64,000 nucleotides of DNA from Candidatus Saccharimonadota bacterium (GCA_034520885.1 JAXHNE010000009.1:130431-194430); one strand, 5' to 3'. Positions 35,545 to 44,027 are shown, numbered from the stretch's first letter. Program-made: numbers and translations. The notes: generated by a model not told the origin, from the letters alone.

Positions 35545-36666
35545 ATGGCTGATAACACTATCGATAGAAGTTTAGAGTTTTATCAAGATCAAATGGGTAA
35601 GCTCAATGAAGGACACCCTCAATTTCAGGGCTTTACCGAGGAAGAATTTCGTGTTGCTTGTGAGGCAGAAAGGACTGTTTGCAGTGAAGTAGAAGCAGAC
35701 ATCGGCAACATAGTCTTGCCTAGTATTGTTGAAGTAAAACAATTTGGATGGCTCAAAACAAGTTATTATGAAGAGACATTTTCGGAAGCTGCTGCAAATG
35801 AGTCCCTAATGCACTACCACGAAACTCCCGGGGTCGACCCTGGCGACTCAGTTCGACAAGCTATCTCTAGTATTGCAGAAAAGAACGGCGTTCTCACATA
35901 TGATTTTCCGTCCACAGACGGGACTTACCCTCAACGCGTTCACGACCTAATTACTTCATCTGGTGCTGAAACTGCAAAGGAATTTGAATTGGCAAATCAG
36001 ACGTATTTCATTGGTCATGTAGCCCTGAAAGACCAAGCAAAAAAACGTGAAGTACCTGTACAGTTTTCTGAAGCTTTCGAGCTTGCCGTGTCTGATGGAA
36101 CTTATGGCGATGAACGCTTCAAAAATGGCGCATCGTTACACACCGTTATCGATCCGAAAAAAGCGGCCGAAATGTATAACTTTTATAAAGATGCATACAG
36201 AAAACTTGAACAAGAACCATGTGAACAGGGTTTAAGCCCTGAAGAGTTTTATAAAATGATGACCCAAAATGAGAACGTAATCAAGGTTGTTAATAGCGTA
36301 GACGGTGAGATTGTTTCTTTATGCTTGCTCGAAAATGACCTAAGCGAACTGTCGTGGGTTAACGAGATATATTACGCAAAGAATTATCCTGAAAAATATA
36401 AAAAAGGGCAATTGTATTGGTTTCCCGGTCTTGCCGCAAATCCGAATAAAAAAGGTGGGTTTAATACTCAGATTATGGTTGATCTCATAGCCGAGTTAGT
36501 TGAAAAAGGTGGAAATGAAATATCTGTCGCCTTTGACTGCGGAAAAACGAATACTGGTTTTCTTGATGTATTTCTTAACAAAATGATTAACGATACACCT
36601 CAAGCAAGTATAGATATACAGCCAATTGCTCAGCAGGCATACCGTGCCGTTCAGCTTAATAAGTAG
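35545..36666 (+). CDS. Hypothetical protein; the C-terminal half is possibly a GNAT-like acyltransferase fold
   Basis: 374 aa from MADNTIDRS (the track start at 35512 overlaps the upstream gene). The C-terminal pattern IVSLCLLENDL...WFPGLAANPNKKGGFNTQIMVDLIAELVEKGGNEISVAFD resembles a GNAT beta4-alphaA region. This is weak. Confidence 0.35.
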   Translation: MADNTIDRSLEFYQDQMGKLNEGHPQFQGFTEEEFRVACEAERTVCSEVEADIGNIVLPSIVEVKQFGWLKTSYYEETFSEAAANESLMHYHETPGVDPGDSVRQAISSIAEKNGVLTYDFPSTDGTYPQRVHDLITSSGAETAKEFELANQTYFIGHVALKDQAKKREVPVQFSEAFELAVSDGTYGDERFKNGASLHTVIDPKKAAEMYNFYKDAYRKLEQEPCEQGLSPEEFYKMMTQNENVIKVVNSVDGEIVSLCLLENDLSELSWVNEIYYAKNYPEKYKKGQLYWFPGLAANPNKKGGFNTQIMVDLIAELVEKGGNEISVAFDCGKTNTGFLDVFLNKMINDTPQASIDIQPIAQQAYRAVQLNK

Positions 36667-36713
36667 ATTATTTTCTTATTCTTTACTAAACTAAACATAA
36701 GGTTTACTTCCTC

Positions 36714-38915
36714 ATGTTTTTTATTAACTTATTGCTTTCATTTAGTACCGCGACAGCCTTAGTACTTTGTTTGTTGGTTATTTTAAGTAACACCAAAAAA
36801 AGTTTAAATCGCTGGCTGTTTGCTTTTCTGTTCGGAGTGTTTGCGTGGCTTCTAGCCAATTTACTTACTAATTTTTCTTCAGATCAACGTACTGCTCTAT
36901 TCTTTGCGAAGACCACAATGTTCGGACCAATAATAATGCCCTATTGTTTCTTGGTATTCTCGAGGCTTTTTACCGGTAAAGACATAAGTCTAAAAAAAGC
37001 ATTAGCACTCTTCGTGCCGCTATTACCACTGATCGCAGCCCTGCCAACTTCGCTTAACATAGAATCCATCGACGCATATGGTCAAAATACACAAACAGGG
37101 TTAATTTACCTTTATCTCGGTCCCGTTCTTGTTTGCTACTTTACTTTGGGGTCGTTAACTTTATATAAGTACTTTAAGACTTTTGCGACTACTAAAGAGA
37201 AAAAACAGATCGCATACATGTTCGCTGGGATGATTCTTACTCTCATTCCGGCAATTATTGCCAACATTTTATTGCCTGCACTGGGTAACACTGAAGCAAT
37301 ATTATATGGACCCAACGCAGTTATTTTCCTGGCTATTTTTCTTTCGTTGGCGATTATAAGACACGGGTTTCTTGATATCAAATTACTGGTGGCGCGGTCG
37401 TTAGCATATCTGCTTTCTTTAGTGGGCATAGTGATGATATACGGATTTATAATATACGCTGCATCACTTACTTTCTTTGCTGGAGAGCCGGTAACTCTCG
37501 TGCGACAGATTTTTTACGTTGCAATGTCTGTATTTGCTGGTCTTATTGCTGTACCCCTGAAGCACTTTTTTGACAGATTGACAAATCAAATATTTTATAG
37601 AGATGCGTATGATCCTCAAGTGTTCTTGGATGAATTCAATAAAGAACTTGTTGCCAATATTGATCTTGAATCTCTTTTGAATAAATGTTCTGAAATTGTC
37701 GAGCATAGAATAAAACCCGAATTTTGCCTATTTGGGTTAAAAGAAACCGCTTATTCGCCCAAGCGTATTATTGGGCAATCAAAAAGAAAGTTTGACCAAG
37801 AAGATATCAGCTTTGTTCGTTCCTTGACTCCCGGCACAAAACAACTGGTGATTGTGAGTGACGAGCTTGAGGAGAGTTCACAATTAAAGACAAAGTTGCG
37901 TAAATACGACATTGCGGTGTTGGCTCGATTGACTAATGACATTAGTTCGGAGATCGAAGGCCTGGGATACTTGATATTGGGCGTAAAAAAGAGCGGTAAC
38001 CCCTATAATAAACAAGACCTTAAGATGATTGAAATCATCACCAATGAGCTGGTGATTGCCGTACAAAACGCATTACGGTTTGAGGAGATCGAGAAGTTTA
38101 ACGTGACTTTGCAGGAAAAGGTTGATTCCGCGACCAGCGAACTACAGCGTACCAACGAAAAACTAAAACAAATGGACGAAACCAAGGACGAATTTATTAG
38201 CATGGCCTCCCACCAGCTGCGCACGCCACTTACCAGCGTAAAAGGCTACCTGAGCATGATTTTGGAAGGCGACGTCGGCAAAGTGAACAAACAACAAAAC
38301 AAAATGCTGGAACAGGCTTTCCTGAGCTCTCAGCGCATGGTGTATTTGATTGCCGATCTTCTGAACGTTTCCCGCCTGAAAACCGGAAAGTTCGTGATTG
38401 ACCCCAAGGAGGCCAACCTGGCCGACATCGTGGAAACGGAGGTAGAGCAGCTTAAACCGAGCGCCAAGGCACGTGATCTGACGCTTACCTATAAAAAGCC
38501 AAAAGACTTCCCAATGCTCATGATAGATGAAACCAAAATACGCCAAGTGATTATGAACTTTATCGATAACGCCATTTACTACACCCCGTCCGGCGGCAAC
38601 ATTGACGTTTCGCTGGAAGATAAGGGCAAAACCATAGAATACCGCGTAAAAGATACCGGTATTGGCGTACCAAAAGCAGAGCGGCACAACCTGTTCGGCA
38701 AGTTCTACCGGGCGGAAAACGCCCGTAAAGCCCGCCCTGACGGCACCGGACTGGGGCTTTTCATGGCCAAAAAGGTGGTAGTAGCCCAAGGTGGAGCGAT
38801 AATCTTTGAAAGCGAAGAAGGCAAAGGCAGCACCTTCGGCTTTAGCTTCGCCAAAGAAAAACTCGCCGAACTAAAACCCGAGCAAAAAACAACGGGGGAA
38901 ACACCAGAAAAATAA
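36714..38915 (+). CDS. Sensor histidine kinase (multi-TM sensor, GAF-like linker, HisKA, HATPase_c)
   Basis: 733 aa with about 7 N-terminal TM helices. H-box EFISMASHQLRTPLTSV, N-box NFIDNAIYYTP, G1 VKDTGIGV and G2 GTGLGLFMAK. Confidence 0.88.
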   Translation: MFFINLLLSFSTATALVLCLLVILSNTKKSLNRWLFAFLFGVFAWLLANLLTNFSSDQRTALFFAKTTMFGPIIMPYCFLVFSRLFTGKDISLKKALALFVPLLPLIAALPTSLNIESIDAYGQNTQTGLIYLYLGPVLVCYFTLGSLTLYKYFKTFATTKEKKQIAYMFAGMILTLIPAIIANILLPALGNTEAILYGPNAVIFLAIFLSLAIIRHGFLDIKLLVARSLAYLLSLVGIVMIYGFIIYAASLTFFAGEPVTLVRQIFYVAMSVFAGLIAVPLKHFFDRLTNQIFYRDAYDPQVFLDEFNKELVANIDLESLLNKCSEIVEHRIKPEFCLFGLKETAYSPKRIIGQSKRKFDQEDISFVRSLTPGTKQLVIVSDELEESSQLKTKLRKYDIAVLARLTNDISSEIEGLGYLILGVKKSGNPYNKQDLKMIEIITNELVIAVQNALRFEEIEKFNVTLQEKVDSATSELQRTNEKLKQMDETKDEFISMASHQLRTPLTSVKGYLSMILEGDVGKVNKQQNKMLEQAFLSSQRMVYLIADLLNVSRLKTGKFVIDPKEANLADIVETEVEQLKPSAKARDLTLTYKKPKDFPMLMIDETKIRQVIMNFIDNAIYYTPSGGNIDVSLEDKGKTIEYRVKDTGIGVPKAERHNLFGKFYRAENARKARPDGTGLGLFMAKKVVVAQGGAIIFESEEGKGSTFGFSFAKEKLAELKPEQKTTGETPEK

Positions 38916-38951
38916 TCATGCTTGTGTTTATTCGAAAGCATGGTAAAAGTA

Positions 38952-38980
38952 TTGACATAAGCAATAAATTGTAGTAGAAT
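38952..38980 (+). promoter_or_regulatory. Near-consensus sigma70-type promoter
   Basis: TTGACA (38952-38957), a 17-nt spacer, then TAGAAT (38975-38980). It points into a 0.4-kb non-coding leader upstream of the high-GC genes. Confidence 0.55.
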
Positions 38981-39450
38981 TAAATCATCCTAGCTTATGG
39001 GTGTGAGGTTAATCCCGTAACCGGGTTATCAACAGAGGTGGAAGAAGGTTCAAGCCGACAGACACGATCTGTGATCATCTGGGAGCCCACTAGCTACGGG
39101 GGACGTTAAAAATCAGATCATTATAGTTCATATCTGTTAGCTAGCACCTAAGTACAGATTGACTAGTATTAGATGGCTCCTTCTAGAGCGCTAGTACTAG
39201 GCAGTCTGTGCTTAGTTTTGCGTTGAGCGTGATTTACTCCGGTAAATAGTAGCTCCGCTTAGCTAGTTACAGAGAGTAACTATCAATTTACACAAAGACT
39301 ACAAATTCTTCTTTCTACTGAGGAGTAGCTTGTGAGCGCTTAAGTTTTTCTGAGCGCATGCATGCTACTCCTACATGGGGAGTTTAGCTAGTGTCGTGGA
39401 ACCTCCACTGCACGAAACCGACTTCCCTCGCGGGAAAGGAGAATCGATCG

Positions 39451-39867
39451 ATGAAGAAGATCCATTTCAACTGGTTCAACGTCTTGCCCGTCGTGTTGGC
39501 CTTCCTGGCTGGCATGCGGCTCGAAAACTTCCGCGTTTGGAAGGATATCGAGCTGACCTGGTGGGTCGGAGCCGGCTATGCAGCCATCGTGCTGTTGGGC
39601 GGCGCGTTCCTGCTGTTGATCTTCATGGCCCTCAAGGCCAAGAAGAACAACGCGAACGCCGACAAGATGGTCATTGCCGCCGCAGTCATCGGCTTGGTGG
39701 AGGGTGTCCTCGTGACGCTCTTCTTTACCACCGTCGATATCGACTGGGGTGACATGTTGCTCGGACTCGGCCTCGGCTTGGTCTTGGCGATCATCTTGGC
39801 GCTCTCCGTGCTCACGCTCTGGGTTCACCCCAAGAGCCCGGACAAGCGCCACGGACTCGTTCCGTAG
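39451..39867 (+). CDS. Four-helix membrane protein, hypothetical (high-GC block)
   Basis: 138 aa from MKKIHFNWFN, preceded by GGAAAGGAG. Third codon positions are GC-rich, unlike the backbone. Several other ORFs in the track overlap here in other frames and are discounted. Confidence 0.6.
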   Translation: MKKIHFNWFNVLPVVLAFLAGMRLENFRVWKDIELTWWVGAGYAAIVLLGGAFLLLIFMALKAKKNNANADKMVIAAAVIGLVEGVLVTLFFTTVDIDWGDMLLGLGLGLVLAIILALSVLTLWVHPKSPDKRHGLVP

Positions 39868-40013
39868 GAGTACTTCATCCACTTGTGAAAGTGGCGGTAA
39901 TCAGTCCGTTTCAATAATTTCACTAGTGTTTGCGCACTACGTCTCTGCAAGAGGTATTCGTGCTACCTCGGAAGTCCCGAATCGTACGATTGTCGCCAAC
40001 AAGGAGGAATCCT

Positions 40014-41273
40014 ATGCGACGTTACATGCTGGTTGCCACCTTGGTGGCGATCACGGTCTTCTTCGCCGCTTGCGGTGAAGAAGACGAAGGGGTGAGCACT
40101 GCTGCTTCTGACGTTTCGTGTGACGATGTGTCCACGGAGCTGGATGAGGCCCAAGCAGAGCTTGCGTCGTCCGAGTCCGAACTCGAAGAGGTGGATACAC
40201 CCGCCGCTTCCGAGGTTGAAGACGACGTCGACAGCCTCAAGGCAGATGTCGCTGCGCTCAACGCTCGTTCCGACGAGTGCGACAGCGCGACGACAACAAC
40301 GACCACCCCGGTGGAGGAAGATCTCGGACTGACCGAAGAGCAGACGGCGGAACTCGCCAACGCTCTGAGCGATGTCTACGTGGACTTCCGACCTGGCGAG
40401 GTCGACATGGGTACGGGGAACATCCCGGACAGTCCTGAAGAGCGCGGCGACGCCTCGTTCACCAAGGACACCATCGAGACCCGCGAGGATCTCCCGGCAT
40501 TCTTTGCCTCCGACAACCCCAAGGCACAACGTGCTCGCTCCCGTGTGGAGAGTTCATTGCGTGCTGCCGGGTATGGGGACGAAGAAGTGGAGCTGGCTCT
40601 CACCTCTGGTGAGCGGTGGATCTGGGTCTCTCCCAATGTGGAGCACCAGGTTCTCGGTACGACGTACGATCTCAATGGCGAGATCTACAAGGCCGACAGC
40701 TGGAGGCAAGTGGCCCCCAAGGACGCGATCTGGTGGTATATCACCACTGATGCCAAGATCGTGAATGGCGCAGCGGTGCGAGCCGATTGTGGTAACCCAG
40801 AGGTTGACAAGGTTCGTCCTGTCCGCCCTGGCACGCCGCCGGCCGCACCCATCGAGTGCCCCAAGTGTCCGCCGCCTCCGCCTCCGTCTACTACGCCGGA
40901 GACACCGAGGTGCCCGCCAGACATGCCGCATGGCACCCCTCCGTTGTGCAAGGACGGACCGGAGAATGACGGCAATGTCAACCCGGACGTGCCTCCGCAG
41001 CCGCGAGGGCCTGGTGCAACGCCTGTCGGAGGAGATCCGGGCCCCCCGAGGGAACCGGTGGACTCACCGACTGGCTGTACGGATAGGTGTGACGAGGACG
41101 ACGGATTTCCGTCGACCACAACCACAACCCGTCCCAACCAGGGCCAGGGAGACTCGGGCAACGGTGGCACCAACACCACCACACCGCCCACCACGGAGGC
41201 ACCTGCGCCGGCTCCGCCGACGACCGCCTCCCCGTCTCCCTCAACGACGAACCCCCCTCCGCCCCCGGGCTGA
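40014..41273 (+). CDS. Lipoprotein with an acidic N-terminal region and a Pro/Thr-rich C-terminus (high-GC block)
   Basis: 419 aa from MRRYMLVATLVAITVFFAACGEED (lipobox FAAC), preceded by AAGGAGG. The C-terminal region has PPPPPPSTTPETPRCPP and a TTTTTRP...PPPPPG low-complexity tail. Confidence 0.6.
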   Translation: MRRYMLVATLVAITVFFAACGEEDEGVSTAASDVSCDDVSTELDEAQAELASSESELEEVDTPAASEVEDDVDSLKADVAALNARSDECDSATTTTTTPVEEDLGLTEEQTAELANALSDVYVDFRPGEVDMGTGNIPDSPEERGDASFTKDTIETREDLPAFFASDNPKAQRARSRVESSLRAAGYGDEEVELALTSGERWIWVSPNVEHQVLGTTYDLNGEIYKADSWRQVAPKDAIWWYITTDAKIVNGAAVRADCGNPEVDKVRPVRPGTPPAAPIECPKCPPPPPPSTTPETPRCPPDMPHGTPPLCKDGPENDGNVNPDVPPQPRGPGATPVGGDPGPPREPVDSPTGCTDRCDEDDGFPSTTTTTRPNQGQGDSGNGGTNTTTPPTTEAPAPAPPTTASPSPSTTNPPPPPG

Positions 41274-41338
41274 GGCATTCGTCGTTGCTGACGGTTGAGA
41301 AAGTGTATTTCTCGTGAACTGCACATCCCTGGCAGATG

Positions 41339-41366
41339 TCAACACCCCGGTGTTGATGTTTGTTTG
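41339..41366 (+). terminator. Rho-independent terminator after the lipoprotein gene
   Basis: TCAACAC-CCCG-GTGTTGA followed by TGTTTGTTTG. Confidence 0.5.
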
Positions 41367-41844
41367 TCTCTTAAGGGATAAAACGAGAAAGGCTGCAGCT
41401 GGATACGCCTTGTTTGGACGGCAACGTCTTAACAAAACCAGCACGGGACTTTGTGTTTAGAGAAGCTTGTAGGCCTTATTTCGCCTCGCTTTTCGTTGAT
41501 AGTGACACCGCGCGTGTAGATTTTAATTGTTTGATTTGATCGCTTGCGATCACCTCACGAGCTCTTCAGAGCACATTAAAATCTACACCGCAAACCCCAT
41601 TTATATGAATTGTAATGATCTGAGTTTGCGACTCTCCAACAAGATCGTTCTTTAACAACTGAATAAGCACAACCATAATATTGACAAATAGTAATGCTTG
41701 TGATAAAGTAATTTTGAACTGAGGTGGCTCCATGCTGAGCATACGGTTTATGTACTTTAACAACCAAGTTTCAATCTGTAGCCATCATGTAACTATAACA
41801 ATGTTTTTAATTATAATGAGGTGGGAGCGAGAAGGAGGTGATTT

Positions 41845-43389
41845 ATGAAATCACTATTTTCACGTATGTCGCTAAAAGTATCTACTGCTATTTTTGCACT
41901 TTTTGCCGTAGTTGGCATCGGTGCTGTAGCGGGCGCATGGTACCCAGAACGACCTACGTACACAATTGATAACCCTGCGCCACACGTAACGTTTAACTCA
42001 GTCACGGATAATCCAAATTACGGTGATGAGCGAACGTTCTTTGACGCGAAGGACGCATCTAACACAAACAGCGGTGGTTTTGTCGATCGACAGAACGTCC
42101 AAAATGGCCAAGAATTGCTACTACGCGTATATGTTCACAACAATGCAGCGAGTAGCTTAAACGGTGAAAATTTTGATGGTAAGGGTGTAGCAAAGAACAC
42201 GCAAGTTCGGGTACATCTTCCGTCAGCTACAGATAATGCTTTGCGAGCAAATGCCTACATTAGTGCTGATAACGCAACACCAAAGGTTGTTTCAGACACT
42301 GTAGACTTTGCAAGTGAAGGTAAGTTTAACCTTGAATACGTACCCGGATCAGCGACTGCTTACACGAACGCCGTTCCTTCGGGGATGAAGCTTAGTGATA
42401 ACATCGTTACTTCGGGCGCAAAAATTGGACACAAGTCTGCTAATGGCGTTTTCCCTGGTTGTTTTGAGTACACGGCTATCGTTACTATCAAGGTAAAAGT
42501 TAAACAACCTCGATACACAGTCGATAAACAAGTAACCACACCAGGCTCAACTGACTGGAGAGAAACTCTAGAAGCTAATCCTGGCGATACAGTTTCCTGG
42601 CTCGTAACCTTTAAGAACGAAGGCGCTACTGAGCTTAAGAACGTAAAGGTTGTCGACGAAGTTCCCGAAGGGTTGACCGTAGTTCCTGGAACAGTAAAGC
42701 TTGTAAACGGCAACTATCCGGACGGGTATGTCTATCCCGATAGTGCTATCCAAGCGAATGGGCGTCAAGTTAACGTTGATATCGGAAACTACAAACCAGG
42801 AGTGCTTGGATATGTAACTTTCCGCACGAAAATTGCCGACAAGCAAGATCTTGAATGTGGTCGCAACGAGATTGTGAACAAAGCGTTTGCCACACCGGCC
42901 GACCACGGAGCAATCTGGGATACAGCCGAAACGCGCGTAAATAAAGAGTGTGACGAGCCAGAAGAACCAGTGTATGCGTGTGATGCGCTTAGCGTTAAGC
43001 GAATCTCTAAGTTCAAGTACGAGTTTTCCGCAAACGCAACCGCTGAAAACGGAGCAAGTATCAAGCAGTACCGATACGACTTTGGCGATGGTACGGAAGA
43101 GCTTGTTACTGACAAGTCTACCGTAACTTACACGTACGCAGAAGACGGTACGTACAATGCTCGGTTAACTGTTGACTTTACGGTTGACGGTGAGATGGTG
43201 AGTGATTCTGGTCAAACATGTGAAGCGACTATCACGATTGACAAAGAAACACCTGACGCGCCCGAAGAGCCGGAGCAACCAAATGTGCTTCCAAGCACTG
43301 GTCCGGCCGATATGATCGGTATCTTCGCGGCGGTTTCCGTTGCCGGTGGGTTGGCCCACAAGATCGTTTACTCACGACGCTACATGTAA
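41845..43389 (+). CDS. LPXTG-anchored surface protein with DUF11/CARDB-like and PKD domains
   Basis: 514 aa. Signal peptide, DUF11-like NPGDTVSWLVTFKNEGATELKNVKVVDEVPEGLTVVPGTV, PKD block YRYDFGDGTE...YTYAEDGTYNARLTV, and a C-terminal LPSTG followed by a hydrophobic helix and RRYM. Confidence 0.82.
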   Translation: MKSLFSRMSLKVSTAIFALFAVVGIGAVAGAWYPERPTYTIDNPAPHVTFNSVTDNPNYGDERTFFDAKDASNTNSGGFVDRQNVQNGQELLLRVYVHNNAASSLNGENFDGKGVAKNTQVRVHLPSATDNALRANAYISADNATPKVVSDTVDFASEGKFNLEYVPGSATAYTNAVPSGMKLSDNIVTSGAKIGHKSANGVFPGCFEYTAIVTIKVKVKQPRYTVDKQVTTPGSTDWRETLEANPGDTVSWLVTFKNEGATELKNVKVVDEVPEGLTVVPGTVKLVNGNYPDGYVYPDSAIQANGRQVNVDIGNYKPGVLGYVTFRTKIADKQDLECGRNEIVNKAFATPADHGAIWDTAETRVNKECDEPEEPVYACDALSVKRISKFKYEFSANATAENGASIKQYRYDFGDGTEELVTDKSTVTYTYAEDGTYNARLTVDFTVDGEMVSDSGQTCEATITIDKETPDAPEEPEQPNVLPSTGPADMIGIFAAVSVAGGLAHKIVYSRRYM

Positions 43390-43757
43390 ACAGTAGCCTT
43401 AGAGAGACGCGCCGGCCCGCCTGCTTCGGCAGAAGTCGAACACGACTGTGCCAACAACAGGGTAGTAGCTTCAAGAAGCTTACTGCCCTGCCTGCGCAAC
43501 ATCGTAAATCCTGATAATGAGTAGTCTGTAATCAGATTATGAGTTATCAAGATTTACGATTGTTGTGGATAAACTCTGGCGCTTACGCGAAAAATCTGGT
43601 ACAGTGAGCGCTAACGAGTCTTAAGCATTGACTGACCGCTTAGGAAACGAAAACATCGTAGAAATACCCTGCAACGTGCGGGGTATTTCTTTTTCGCCTC
43701 TGTTATGCTATGATAATTTGCGAGCTAAATGCTATAAGCTTTAAGCTAAAAGCTAAA

Positions 43758-43918
43758 CGTGGTCCCATCGTCCCGGTAGTAACATCAAAGATGTACTACG
43801 GGATACATCTAACGGTCAGGCCTGTCCGCCAAAGCTTTAGCGACGGCGGGACGTCAGGTTCTCTCCGCTGAAGAGCGGACTGAAAATAAGGCGGGTCGAT
43901 TCCGAATCGAACCCCACG
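43758..43918 (+). ncRNA. tRNA-Glu-derived structured element (tRNA-like relic with hairpin insertions; no anticodon)
   Basis: Three colinear blocks are shared with tRNA-Glu at 43946. These are GGTCCCATCGTC (43761-43772, 12/12), GGACGTCAGGTT (43849-43860, 11/12) and CTGAAAATAAGG (43880-43891). They are separated by a 76-nt insert and a TCCGCT-GAAG-AGCGGA hairpin. The ends, CGTGG and CCACG, can pair. Confidence 0.45.
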
Positions 43919-43945
43919 TACGTACGTTACAATAAACCAAGTCGC

Positions 43946-44020
43946 GGTCCCATCGTCTAATGGTTAGGACATCAGGTTTTCATCCTGAAAATAGGGGTTC
44001 GATTCCCCTTGGGATCACCA
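43946..44020 (+). tRNA. tRNA-Glu (anticodon TTC), CCA encoded
   Basis: Acceptor GGTCCCA/TGGGATC, anticodon arm TCAGG-TTTTCAT-CCTGA, T arm AGGGG-TTCGATT-CCCCT, ACCA. Confidence 0.9.
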
Positions 44021-44027
44021 CGTTAAG

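Noticed and set aside
38985-39390. Assigning the CTAG-rich leader to a known RNA family (RNase P RNA, SRP RNA, 6S, cobalamin/TPP/SAM riboswitches, group II intron)
   Set aside because: I could not find the diagnostic conserved motifs of any of these by eye. It is left as unclassified pending a covariance-model scan.
39375-41444. Many long overlapping ORFs on both strands in the first high-GC block (for example 39388-39882 minus, 40685-41326 minus, 40765-41298 plus)
   Set aside because: High GC suppresses stop codons in all frames. Only two frames show a start with an SD, signal/TM logic and non-Arg/Pro-biased composition.
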